Shown in pieces: positions 11,601 to 20,750 of a stretch of DNA of 64,000 bases. How positions within the stretch are numbered: the stretch's first letter is position 1; every line of letters starts with the position of its first letter. Made by a program: the position numbers and the translations under genes. Under the pieces are notes generated by a model, which saw only the letters and a program-made list of their open reading frames with translations, made no database searches and was not told the origin of the DNA. This stretch comes from Phycisphaerae bacterium (GTDB lineage Bacteria > Planctomycetota > Phycisphaerae > UBA1845 > Fen-1342): contig CAXXWX010000024.1 of the NCBI GenBank assembly GCA_963675745.2, forward strand, positions 1-64,000, written 5' to 3'.

Positions 11601-14600
11601 TCGTTGAGAATGGCGAGTTACTGGTCAGGTCGAGTGTGTGGACTGGTCCGGGGCGGCTGGAACTGGGAAGCGAGTCCTTGCTGCACATGGGGGATGGGTT
11701 GGGCCCTCTGGACCTGACCGTTTTCAATAGTGACATCACGGGCACGGGCGACATCTGGATCGAGTCGGAGGCGGAGTTGCGGATCGAGCAGGGGGCGACG
11801 GTGGACCTGAGCGGCTATACCGGCAGCGGTTGTGCCGACCCGAACCAGGCCGACCAGTGGGGCACGATCACGATCGAGGGGGCCTTGGTAGTCCGCGATG
11901 CCACGATCCAGAACACCAACGTCGACGTCAAGCTGGCCGACTTCGCCGGCCACAACGACATCGTCAACAACAACATCTCCCTGCTGGAGTCGAGCGAGGG
12001 CTTCGGCGGCGAGTTCTGGGTCGAGGGTAACTCGTTGATACGCTGTAACTACATCGTCTCCGAGGGTGACCGCTACCTGGACCTCGATCCCGACCCGAAC
12101 GTCCCGGAAGACCAGCGTCCGACGCTGGAGTACAACACGATCCACGTGCTGATCACACAAGGCGCCGGTGGCGAGCGCGGCGAGCTGCTCGAATTGCGGG
12201 CTCAGGACTACGACTGCGGCGGGCCGCATAACCCCGATTGCACCTCAGGTGCTTTCCAGGCCATCGGCAGCCCCGGCTTTACGGAGGACCCCTCAGAGAA
12301 CTGGGTACTCAAGACGCTGGAGATCCTGCCCGACTGCAAGCTCAGCCTGACGAACCGGCAGCATTTCGACTTCCAACTGGACCCGAACCATCCGGAGACG
12401 GTCTATGTCCACACGCTGAAGCTGCACCCGGGCGCGGTTCTGAACACGGCGTTGCAGACGCTGTACTACGAGAACTTGGTAGACGAGAACGACCAGGTGC
12501 TGGTGCGTGATCCGAACGATCCACATGGTTTGCTGGCCAACGGCAGCCGAATTGTGGATGTGCCGCTGTTGGGCTTCTCGCTGAAGGTCATTCCGATGGA
12601 GGATGACGAGGAGTTCCGCGTCCGCGTCCGCCGGCGCCTGCGTGATCCCAACGATGTGCAGCCCGATCCGACGTCGTCAGACCCGCCCTTGGAGGGTCTG
12701 ATCGAGCGCGTATCGGTCCCGCTGCCGGGTGATCCCAACAACCACGCGATGGAGATGCACACGCGCGCCCCTGATATGCAACCGGCCAGCTCGATCGCGG
12801 CCAAGGGTGCCTTTGCCCGGGCGGGCGAGGATCAGATCATCGTGGCGTTCGACTACCGCTTTACGGCGGCACCCGATCCCAACACAGTGCTGATCGCTCA
12901 CCTCAGCGACGCACCCGACGTCAGCGAGAGCCTGGTCGAGATCGCCCGGCTGTACCCGCCCCAACCCGGTTTGCCCGGTGCGGTTGGCAGCAATAGGTTC
13001 GCCACGTTCTTCGGTCGCTTCCCGCGTAATGGCTTGAACTTCCGCCGGGGGACGTACGTGGAGCTGAAGCTGCGCGGCGGTGACGCGGTGGTGCAGATCG
13101 ACAACTGGGACCCGCAGATCGTCTGTTCGAGCACCGATGACTGCGGTGACTTCGGGCCGCCGAACGGCGTGGCCGAAGAGGACTTCCTGTACGTGCTGGG
13201 CGAGTATGGTCAAACGCTCGATATCGCGGGTACCGGCCACGCGAAGTGGTGCCTGGACCAGGTCACGCAGGATGGCTTCATCGACCTGGACGACGTGCTG
13301 GTCTGGGACACGATCCTGAGTGATCCGTACGTGCTGGATCTGTGCGGTGGTGGTGACCAACGGTCGCCAGGGCGGCGTTCCACGCGTGGTCCGGTGAGCA
13401 TCGCGCCGAACCGGCTGGTGATCGCCGGCAAGCCGAGCGGGGTCGACCCCTGGGGCTACAGCTTGCAGGAGGACTTCCTGTATACCCTCGACGCGCGCAA
13501 CCAGAGTGCGGATGCGCGCTTGACGCCGGCCAGTGCACCGAGTGGGCCATTCAATCAGTATCGCGGCAACGGCCGGCTGCTCGTCGATCCTGTCGGTCGC
13601 GTGCACCAGTTGCACGGTGTGCAGGGACTGATCCGGCTGACAGATGCCCAGACGGTGTTGGCGCCGACGGTCACCCCGCTGCCGCAGGGCGACAGCCAGG
13701 TACGCGTCGGACTGGCCGTGATCAGCGATGTGCCGTACGGCGAGTCACTGCGGGACGCGGCGTTCGACATGCATGATCCGAACGTGCTGTACGTAGTGCC
13801 GGTGGAGGTGCAGCCAGCCACCGGGAACAGCTACCGGGCGGCCGCGCGTCTGAGACTGAGCGGCAGCACGTACACCGTGGAGCGGCTTTACGGTCTGAAC
13901 CCGGCGAATGATCCGACACAGAACGGCGACCCGCTGGAAACCTCGGTGGTCGACGTGCAGCGACTGAAGGAAATCGAGGTAGATGCGTACGGCAACGCAT
14001 TTGTGGTCAGCGGCCAGCGCCTGAACAACAACAGCTGGCTGCTGATCTACGACGCGGCCGGGAACGAGCAACGCATCCGGATATCCGATCCGAACTTCGG
14101 CGGCGTTCAGGGCCCGACGGCGTTGACGCTCTCCCGGGACGGCACACGCGCATACCTGGCCGCGTCGGCGACTTCGTACGGGGCGACCAGCACCACCGTG
14201 CGGCGTTACTGGATCCAGCGGGGTGTCAACCACGTGGTGACCGGCGTGCTGCATGATGCGCTGTCCGATGTGATCGTGATCGACAACATGCGGGACGTGA
14301 CGAGCATGGTTGAGCATCCCTGCACAGGGCGTTTGTGGGTGCTGGGCGTGATGCTGGAAGAACCGCCGGAGGGCTGGGACTGGTGGGGTGAGTTTGCGAC
14401 GTTCGACAGCGGCGATGAGATCTTCACGCAGGCGGTGCTGGCGGTGGTGGAGCCCAATGACACGCTCGTGACGGCCACGCCGCTGATCTGCCACGATCTG
14501 GCGTTGCCGATCGCCGCAGCGTTCCACGAGGCCGCGTGCGGGATTGGTGACCTGAACTGCGACGGCTGGGTGAACAACGGGGACATCGACGCGTTCGTCT

Positions 14601-14734
14601 ACGCGCTGTCCTACCCCGAGCAGTACGCCAACGAGTACCCAGGTTGCGACATCATGCTCGGCGACGTCAACGGTGACGGCTGGATGAACAACGGCGACAT
14701 TGATGCGTTTGTGACGGTGCTGTCGTCGCGGTGA
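8606..14734 (+). CDS. 2042-aa secreted protein: three parallel beta-helix modules, Asp-rich Ca-binding repeats, C-terminal dockerin-like domain
   Basis: Signal peptide; 3x (T/A)IQxA(I/L)D...GxYTGxGN; 2x GSPCIxAGD and DSDxDxLPDxWE; ends GDLNCDGWVNNGDIDAFV. Confidence 0.88.
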   Translation: MSEPRNKWRYAVAIWLSCLAAGVALGGVWYVDDDAPNDPGPGDPLISDPSEDGSATHPFDAIQEAIDAADPNSGDEVVIADGTYTGSGNKNLDLGGKAITVRSASADPALCVIDCERVGRGLNIDSGEGPEATVSGLTIANGTGVRCANGSNPTLINCVITRNADAGLRCEGSSPTVINCVICNNGPANAWLLGGGGVVCFGGSPTLTNCTIINNAARWVSGSAQRGGIYASSESDPVLTNCIVWGNQPLEVSDESSVLAITYCNVRGGWPGVGNIDADPQLTPDGHLMAGSPCINAGDPAGDHGGQSDIDGEPRVLAGRVDMGIDEWLDSDGDELPDRWEARYFGDPLAGDPAADDDGDGRVNLDEYTAGTNPQLGPATYYVDVTGSDDWDGLAPAWDGAHGPKATIQAAIDACDMYERGEVIIADGVYTGAGNRDIDFAGRPLTVRSGGGDRDRCVIDCENEGRGFHLRSGEGADSVIAGLTITSGEADVGAGVLCILASPTIVDCRISGNTGITGAGVLCAFSSPTLHRCLVNENAITQYWATGFGGGIGCFSSAPVLTDCKVARNRNALYGGGIYCDPDSQPLLTNCMIEANVARRGTNDARGGGMYGGDPVLVNCAIIGNYSEGWVGGIHAGSGTSPVLINCTIAQNRYEAIGGGGDPVLANCVVWDNGEQGLGGLGDGAVVEYSNIQGGWPGEGNIDIDPLLTPDGHLTAGSPCIDAGDASWLPPDTWDLDDDGDVLEPIPLDIDGDARVLDDHVDIGADEFLDSDADALPDWWELKYVGSATGASPWHDLDGDLLLDSEEYLLYGSNPVGAVWYVSDDSGEDTWDGTSRTWQGDAVGPKRTIQAALDVADDGDSVLVGAGIYTGAGNKLLDFHERSIVLRAFEQPGPTVIDCGGSGRAFQSYDDWGGSKVLDGIMIRNGSSGYGGGIRVRTGRWMLRNCTLEGCTATGSGGAFHWAGCVLRLSNVICRDSDAPEGSAGELIGGDVRLDGPFVVENGELLVRSSVWTGPGRLELGSESLLHMGDGLGPLDLTVFNSDITGTGDIWIESEAELRIEQGATVDLSGYTGSGCADPNQADQWGTITIEGALVVRDATIQNTNVDVKLADFAGHNDIVNNNISLLESSEGFGGEFWVEGNSLIRCNYIVSEGDRYLDLDPDPNVPEDQRPTLEYNTIHVLITQGAGGERGELLELRAQDYDCGGPHNPDCTSGAFQAIGSPGFTEDPSENWVLKTLEILPDCKLSLTNRQHFDFQLDPNHPETVYVHTLKLHPGAVLNTALQTLYYENLVDENDQVLVRDPNDPHGLLANGSRIVDVPLLGFSLKVIPMEDDEEFRVRVRRRLRDPNDVQPDPTSSDPPLEGLIERVSVPLPGDPNNHAMEMHTRAPDMQPASSIAAKGAFARAGEDQIIVAFDYRFTAAPDPNTVLIAHLSDAPDVSESLVEIARLYPPQPGLPGAVGSNRFATFFGRFPRNGLNFRRGTYVELKLRGGDAVVQIDNWDPQIVCSSTDDCGDFGPPNGVAEEDFLYVLGEYGQTLDIAGTGHAKWCLDQVTQDGFIDLDDVLVWDTILSDPYVLDLCGGGDQRSPGRRSTRGPVSIAPNRLVIAGKPSGVDPWGYSLQEDFLYTLDARNQSADARLTPASAPSGPFNQYRGNGRLLVDPVGRVHQLHGVQGLIRLTDAQTVLAPTVTPLPQGDSQVRVGLAVISDVPYGESLRDAAFDMHDPNVLYVVPVEVQPATGNSYRAAARLRLSGSTYTVERLYGLNPANDPTQNGDPLETSVVDVQRLKEIEVDAYGNAFVVSGQRLNNNSWLLIYDAAGNEQRIRISDPNFGGVQGPTALTLSRDGTRAYLAASATSYGATSTTVRRYWIQRGVNHVVTGVLHDALSDVIVIDNMRDVTSMVEHPCTGRLWVLGVMLEEPPEGWDWWGEFATFDSGDEIFTQAVLAVVEPNDTLVTATPLICHDLALPIAAAFHEAACGIGDLNCDGWVNNGDIDAFVYALSYPEQYANEYPGCDIMLGDVNGDGWMNNGDIDAFVTVLSSR

Positions 14735-14853
14735 TCGGCTGTGAGTTACTGGTGAAGCAGTGCTGTCTGGTGATCGAGACCGGGTTTGGATGAGCAACTG
14801 AGCTGGTGGGTGAATCGGTTGGAAAGGTGTGTGTGATGAGACGAGGGCATACC

Positions 14854-15267
14854 GTGAACAGGGCGTTTCACTGGGGATCGCGGGCCTGGGTGGTCCTCAC
14901 TGTCGGGTATCTGGCAACGGCGTGGGCCAACAATGCCCCGCAGGTTAGCAACGTCACCGCTAGCCAGCGCGGTGACGGCTCGAAGCTGGTGGACATCTCG
15001 TACAACCTGGCGGACGCCGACGGCGATTTGTGTACGGTCTGGGTGAGCGCCAGCAGTGACGGCGGGGCGACCTGGGCCGTGCCGGTCACGGCGGTGACTG
15101 GTGCGGTCGGAAGCGGCGTCACGCCGGGCTCGGGTAGGCACATCATCTGGAACAGTGCGGCCGACTGCCCGGGGCGTTCGGCAGCCAGTACAAGGTGCGC
15201 GTCTGCGCGAGTGATGCACCGCCGCCCGGAAGCATGGTCTTCATCCCCGGCGGGTCGTTCCAGATGA
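14854..15267 (+). pseudogene. N-terminal fragment of a secreted FGE/SUMF1-type protein
   Basis: Signal peptide, Ig-like VSNVTASQR...VDISYNLADADGD; after a frameshift near 15180, QYKVRVCASDAPPPGSMVFIPGGSFQM (FGE-domain start), then homology stops. Confidence 0.7.
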
Positions 15268-15659
15268 GGCCGACGATGATGATGACCAGCCGTGCCCCTG
15301 AACATCGGCGCCGGCATCGTTGGTCTGCGGGCCGCGCCGGTGCATGATGTCAGAGCGCCGCACCATCGAATCCGGGCATGCAACGTATCGCCAGAAACTG
15401 AACCACGCCCCCCACGTCACTCAGCTTGGGACTCCTACATAGGTCGCCAGCCGATACGGCGCATTTCCGCCATGTTGGTGAGTTTCCGGCAGACCAGAGT
15501 CGCCGGTACACGTCCACAGAGTGCCACAGAGACGCCGAGGAACGCCTGTGAGCGATTCTCTGGCGGTCCTAGGCAGGTCTCTTTAGCCCCCCGGTTCCGT
15601 AGAAGCCGCGATTCGGGCCTTATGGCACGCCAACGGCCTGTTGGCGTCCGATTCGGTGC

Positions 15660-15688
15660 TTGTGACGCGCGCGCCGATTCGATAGCAT
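15660..15688 (+). promoter_or_regulatory. Sigma70-like promoter
   Basis: TTGTGA-17 bp-TAGCAT; homologous copy at 40200..40228. Confidence 0.6.
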
Positions 15689-15776
15689 GGACGATACGCT
15701 TCTGCCCCCACGGGCACCGAGGCGGGGTGGCCACGCCAGGTGGGGGCGCACGTCGTGAATCGAGGAGGATTGGGGT

Positions 15777-16814
15777 ATGCGCAGAGTCGATCGGTTGATG
15801 GGGATCGTGGGTCTGGTGCTGGTCTGCGCGACCGTCACGCAGGCGGACATGGCGATTGACACCACTACAGTCGGCAACCCGGGGAACGACGGCGAGTTGT
15901 CCGGGCAAGGTGCCGGCGTCTACGGCCCGGACCGCATCTGCGGGACGGTTGACTACGCTTACGACATCGGTCAGTACGAGGTGACCGCCGGGCAGTACCG
16001 CGAGTTTCTTAACGCCGTGGCGGCGGACGACCCGCATGACCTCTACAACGCCAGCATGTGGTCGAGCAGTCACGGCTGCAAGATCGAGCGAACCGGATCG
16101 TCGGGCAGCTACACCTATAGCGTGGATCCTAACTGGGCTGATCGTCCAGTGAATTACATTTCCTGGGGTGACGCGGCGCGGTTCTGCAATTGGCTGCAAA
16201 ACGGCCAGCCGGGCCTGGATACCGCGGTACCACAGGACGCGAACTCGACGGAGGATGGCTCATACCAACTCAACGGGGCGATGACAGATGCTGAACTGCT
16301 GGCGATCACGCGTGAGGAAAGCGCACAGTGGGTGATCCCGTCGGAAGACGAGTGGTATAAGGCGGCGTACCACAAGAACGACGGTGTGACGGGCAACTAC
16401 TTCGATTATCCCACGGGTACGGATACGCCGCCCAGCAACGATTTGATCGACCCAGATCCGGGCAACAACTCGACCTTCTACGCCAGCGACTACACGATCG
16501 GCAGCCCCTACTGGCGCACCAAGGTCGGCGCGCACGAGAACTCGGAAAGCCCTTATGGTACGTTTGACCAGGGGGGTAACGTGGATGAGTGGACCGAAGG
16601 CCTTGTGTACAACGCAACCACTCGTGGTCTTAGGGGTGCGGCGTACGGCATAAGCGCCTATGGCGTCGAGAATCAGCATGCCGCGTTCCGTCACGGTGTC
16701 TACCCAACATACACCGGCAGCCACATCGGCTTCCGAGTAGCGCTTGTTCCTGAGCCGGCCACGCTGGTAATGCTGGCGTGTGGTCTCATGGTCGTGCTAT
16801 GTCGCCGGTACTGA
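15777..16814 (+). CDS. FGE/SUMF1 (C-type lectin fold) protein with PEP-CTERM anchor
   Basis: YEVTAGQY, RPVNYISW, PSEDEWYKAAY, DQGGNVDEW, GFRVA, then VPEPATLVMLACGLMVVLCRRY. Confidence 0.9.
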   Translation: MRRVDRLMGIVGLVLVCATVTQADMAIDTTTVGNPGNDGELSGQGAGVYGPDRICGTVDYAYDIGQYEVTAGQYREFLNAVAADDPHDLYNASMWSSSHGCKIERTGSSGSYTYSVDPNWADRPVNYISWGDAARFCNWLQNGQPGLDTAVPQDANSTEDGSYQLNGAMTDAELLAITREESAQWVIPSEDEWYKAAYHKNDGVTGNYFDYPTGTDTPPSNDLIDPDPGNNSTFYASDYTIGSPYWRTKVGAHENSESPYGTFDQGGNVDEWTEGLVYNATTRGLRGAAYGISAYGVENQHAAFRHGVYPTYTGSHIGFRVALVPEPATLVMLACGLMVVLCRRY

Positions 16815-16874
16815 CAGTAAGCAGGTGGAACGGTCGCCGTTGTCATCGGCGGCGTATCAGGCAAGGGGAGAACG

Positions 16875-18563
16875 ATGTACATGCGATTCGCGCGAGGCAT
16901 CCTGGTGCTGATTGCCATCGTCGGATTGAGTGGTCAGCTGTACGCGACAGAACGACACGTGCCGGGTGAATATCCGACGATTCAGGCGGCGGTGGATGCG
17001 TGTGACGATGGCGACATAGTGGTCCTTGCCGATGGGACTTACAGCGGACCAGGGAACACTGATTGCGAAGTGCCTCTGGTCACGATCACAATCCGTTCGG
17101 CCAGTGGCCCCGCTGCCTGCACCATCGACGGCGCCGGTAGCGCGTTGAACTTCCGTATCGGCGCCAGTGGTGTATCGCACGTGCTCGAAGGAATCACGTT
17201 TCGCAACTACGGCACTTCGCTCGCACCCCAAGAAGCCGTGTCCGCCACGTACGCAGTAATCCAGGATTGCAGATTCGTAAACAACGAAGCAATTCGCGGT
17301 GGCGGCGTTAATTGCACGAGCACGACTATCAGCGAATGCACTTTCGAAGGCAACACGGCCCACGAGCAAGGTGGCGCGCTCCACGCCTACAGCTCTGACA
17401 TCTACGCCTGCACCTTTGAGGGCAACACGGCCCCAACAGGTGGCGCCGCGTGGGTCCACCAAAGTAACATCTCACAAAGCACGTTCACGGACAATTCCGC
17501 AACCGTGTCGTGCGGCGCGCTCGATGCGGATGAGGCTACCGTGTCTGCATGTTCTTTTGTCTCGAATAGCGCGCCGAACTTCGGGGCGCTTTGTGGTTAC
17601 CGAGTGGATGTCACTGATTGCACGCTAACCGACAATATCGCCACAGAATTCGGTAAAGGCCAGGGCGGCGCGGCCACAGTAAGCGAGGGATATTTCCGGG
17701 GATGCCGATTTCTTCGAAACAACGGGTGGGATGGCGGCGCGGTGTGGACAGGCGTTGACTCCAGCATATACGGATGCCGATTCGAAGATAATCAGTCATT
17801 GGGGCGTGGCGGCGCGCTATTGCTCAAAGGGCCGGGTGACGTCGTCAATTCCATATTCACGGGCAATACGGCTGAGTACTATGGCGGTGCCGTGTACTAC
17901 AGAGGTGACACCCCTCACACATTTGCACATTGCCTAGTGATCGCCAACGTCAGCGCGGGTGGTGGTGGAGGTATTTACGGCGCCATAGGAACAGGGGGCA
18001 TTTACAACAGTATCATCAGAAATAATAACGCTCTGTGGGGCCACAATGTGATGCTTGACCGTGGCATGATAATGATATTGTCACATTCGAACATTGGGCA
18101 AGAGGAGAACGATGTGTACTGGACCGGCGGAGCGTTCCCTGCCTGGGGTGATGGTGTAATCGATGTCGCCCCGGGGTTCGTGGATGCAGCCACTGGCGAC
18201 TATCGCCTCACGCCGTCTTCGCCGTGCATCGACGCAGGTGACAATGCGAGCATTCCTCTCGACCTGGATGACCTTGATGGAGACGGAAACGTTGAGGAAT
18301 CTATGCCGTTTGACATCGCAGACAGCTTCCGCATCGCACGCGGTACCGTGGACATGGGCGCGTACGAACTTCCCTTCGGCGACCAGAACTGCGACAAGGC
18401 GTTCAACAACGGCGACATTGACCCGTTCGTACTGGCGATAACCGATCCCGCGTCATACGGCGGCGAGTATCCCGAGTGCGTGCATGAGTACGCGGACATG
18501 AACGCGGATGGGTTTGTAAACAACGGCGACATCGACACGTTTGTCGCGCTACTTGGCGGGTAG
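16875..18563 (+). CDS. Secreted parallel beta-helix repeat protein with dockerin-like tail
   Basis: HVPGEYPTIQAAVD; FxxN/GGA repeats; SPCIDAGD; GDQNCD...NNGDID. Confidence 0.88.
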   Translation: MYMRFARGILVLIAIVGLSGQLYATERHVPGEYPTIQAAVDACDDGDIVVLADGTYSGPGNTDCEVPLVTITIRSASGPAACTIDGAGSALNFRIGASGVSHVLEGITFRNYGTSLAPQEAVSATYAVIQDCRFVNNEAIRGGGVNCTSTTISECTFEGNTAHEQGGALHAYSSDIYACTFEGNTAPTGGAAWVHQSNISQSTFTDNSATVSCGALDADEATVSACSFVSNSAPNFGALCGYRVDVTDCTLTDNIATEFGKGQGGAATVSEGYFRGCRFLRNNGWDGGAVWTGVDSSIYGCRFEDNQSLGRGGALLLKGPGDVVNSIFTGNTAEYYGGAVYYRGDTPHTFAHCLVIANVSAGGGGGIYGAIGTGGIYNSIIRNNNALWGHNVMLDRGMIMILSHSNIGQEENDVYWTGGAFPAWGDGVIDVAPGFVDAATGDYRLTPSSPCIDAGDNASIPLDLDDLDGDGNVEESMPFDIADSFRIARGTVDMGAYELPFGDQNCDKAFNNGDIDPFVLAITDPASYGGEYPECVHEYADMNADGFVNNGDIDTFVALLGG

Positions 18564-18667
18564 CCGGCGCTGCTTGACAACTGGATACGCATGAATCACC
18601 GAGGCGCTTGCTCGATTGTTAGTGCGAAGCGAGTGGGCCTACTTATCGTCAAGGGAGGTACTCGACA

Positions 18668-19498
18668 ATGATCCGACGACCGATCATCTTTGCTATAGTA
18701 GTATCCGCGATCACGGTCACTACGCCGCTGGCTGTCGCGGGCAGCCTCGTGCCGATTGACCTGAACCCCGAGGAGGTGGTCTGCTTCCATGCCGATGCCT
18801 CGGCGCATGGGTTTGGCAGCGATACGGACTCTGACTCCGGCGTCAGCGCCGCACATGCGTTCGCCGAACTCTGGGACGATCCTGAATGGGATTGGGCAGA
18901 GGCCGACATCACAGCGACGGACGGCGACTCAGGAGTGACGCTCTGGTCACGCGTGCAGTCGGAGGGTCCCGCAGGGTCAATGCTGGACGCCAGCACATCA
19001 CTCGTGAGTTGTGATGTCGAGATCGGCACCGCACCTGATCTCCCGGCAGGTACCGCGGCGACACTTATTGTCGACGCTGAGGCGGAGGTTGTGGGTCCAT
19101 CGGGTGCCCTGTATGACGCAAGCTATTGGGAGTTTACGGTAAGTCGCGGCGCAGCTGTGTTAGTCAACACCGCATCGGAAGGGGAGTTCGGTGTAGCAGC
19201 CTACGCCGGCGAGACCCTGTCTCTCGAGTTCACCGAAGTGGGAGACACCAGCAGTTCGCTTCATGATGTATTCGGCCTTGAGATCACGGTCAGCATGCAT
19301 ATTGGCGGCTCCGCGGATCTGAACTGCGACAGCCTCGTTAACAACGGTGACATCGATCCATTTGTGCTTGCGATCACGCAGCCGGGACAATACGCGGTTG
19401 ACTTTCCCGAATGCGACATCATGAACGGGGACATCAACGGTGACGGTTGGACGAACAACGGCGACATCGACGCGTTTGTTGCGCTACTCGGTGCGTAG
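18668..19498 (+). CDS. Secreted acidic protein of unknown function with dockerin-like tail
   Basis: GGGAGG RBS, signal peptide, C-terminal ADLNCDSLVNNGDIDPFV. Confidence 0.85.
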   Translation: MIRRPIIFAIVVSAITVTTPLAVAGSLVPIDLNPEEVVCFHADASAHGFGSDTDSDSGVSAAHAFAELWDDPEWDWAEADITATDGDSGVTLWSRVQSEGPAGSMLDASTSLVSCDVEIGTAPDLPAGTAATLIVDAEAEVVGPSGALYDASYWEFTVSRGAAVLVNTASEGEFGVAAYAGETLSLEFTEVGDTSSSLHDVFGLEITVSMHIGGSADLNCDSLVNNGDIDPFVLAITQPGQYAVDFPECDIMNGDINGDGWTNNGDIDAFVALLGA

Positions 19499-19533
19499 CT
19501 CGCGCGGGTACACAGCGCGAGGAGGATGGGGTC

Positions 19534-20691
19534 ATGCGCAGAATAGCCACGCTGGCGGGGCTTGTGGGCTTGGTACTGGTGTGCGCACAGGGGGCGCACG
19601 CAGACGTCACGATCGACACCGTCACGGTCGGTGACCCAGGGAATGTCGATGACACACACGGGGACGGCTACGGCGGGGTAGCTTACAGGTACAACATTGG
19701 CAAGTTCGAGGTCACGAACAGCCAGTACGCCGAGTTTCTGAATGCTGTCGCGAGCGTGGGTGATCAGTACGGCTTGTACAACTTTAACATGGGCGGTGGC
19801 GGCTGGAACGATATTGGGGGCATCTCGCGTAGCGGGTCGGGGACGTCGGGTGATCCTTGGGTGTACGCCGTTCGAACGAACCGTGGCAACCGACCAGTGA
19901 ATTACGTAAGCTGGTATGACGCGCTGCGTTTCGCAAACTGGATGCATAACGGCCAGCCCACTGGCGCTCAGGGAGCACCGACCACCGAGGACGGTTCGTA
20001 CGACCTGTCACTGGGTGCCAGTGTGGTCCGCAAATCCGGCTCAAAGGTATTCTTGCCAAACGAGGACGAGTGGTACAAGGCGGCGTACTACAAGGGGGGC
20101 AATACCAACGCAGGCTATTGGGATTACCCGACACAGTCGGACGGGGACGCCTACCCAATGGCCGAGCCTCCGCCGGGTACGGAAATGGCGATCGGAAGCG
20201 CAAACTGGTACAACGACATGGGGCCGTTTTGGTACGTCGACCCCACGTATTACACGACTGAGGTGGGGGCGTACGATGCCAAGCCCTCCGATAGCGCCTA
20301 TGGGACGTTTGACCAAGCCGGCAACCTGTTGGAGTGGAATGAGGCCGATTGGTTTGGTGACGGATCGGCTCGCGGCGTGCGGGGTGGGTGGTTTGACTTT
20401 CTCGGCGATCACCTCATGGCTGCGGGATCCCGTAGCGCCGAATACCCGGACCGCGAGGACTACTATATCGGGTTCCGAGTCGCCGGACTTCCTGTGTTAG
20501 TGGTAGGTGACCTGAACTGCGACGGCTGGGTCAACAACGGCGACATCGACGCGTTCGTTTTCGCGCTTTCGTATCCCGAACTCTACGCCGATGAATACCC
20601 GGGTTGCGACATCATGCTCGGCGACATCAACGGCGACGGCTGGATGAACAACGGCGACATCGACGCGTTCGTCGCGCTACTCGCCGAGTAA
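19534..20691 (+). CDS. FGE/SUMF1-domain protein with dockerin-like tail
   Basis: GAGGAGG RBS; KFEVTNSQY, RPVNYVSW, PNEDEWYKAAY, GFRVA; GDLNCDGWVNNGDID. Confidence 0.9.
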   Translation: MRRIATLAGLVGLVLVCAQGAHADVTIDTVTVGDPGNVDDTHGDGYGGVAYRYNIGKFEVTNSQYAEFLNAVASVGDQYGLYNFNMGGGGWNDIGGISRSGSGTSGDPWVYAVRTNRGNRPVNYVSWYDALRFANWMHNGQPTGAQGAPTTEDGSYDLSLGASVVRKSGSKVFLPNEDEWYKAAYYKGGNTNAGYWDYPTQSDGDAYPMAEPPPGTEMAIGSANWYNDMGPFWYVDPTYYTTEVGAYDAKPSDSAYGTFDQAGNLLEWNEADWFGDGSARGVRGGWFDFLGDHLMAAGSRSAEYPDREDYYIGFRVAGLPVLVVGDLNCDGWVNNGDIDAFVFALSYPELYADEYPGCDIMLGDINGDGWMNNGDIDAFVALLAE

Positions 20692-20750
20692 CAGGCCACG
20701 CGACGCAATCACCTTCCCGCAGGCGCGCGTACTCGCGATTTGTACGGCGT

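Noticed and set aside
15777..20691. FGE/C-type-lectin genes as diversity-generating retroelement targets
   Set aside because: No reverse transcriptase or template repeat seen; paralogue differences are not adenine-specific.
20692..20750. Expected second att site of the integrative element
   Set aside because: No copy of the tRNA-Gly 3' end found here or in the other intergenic regions I read.
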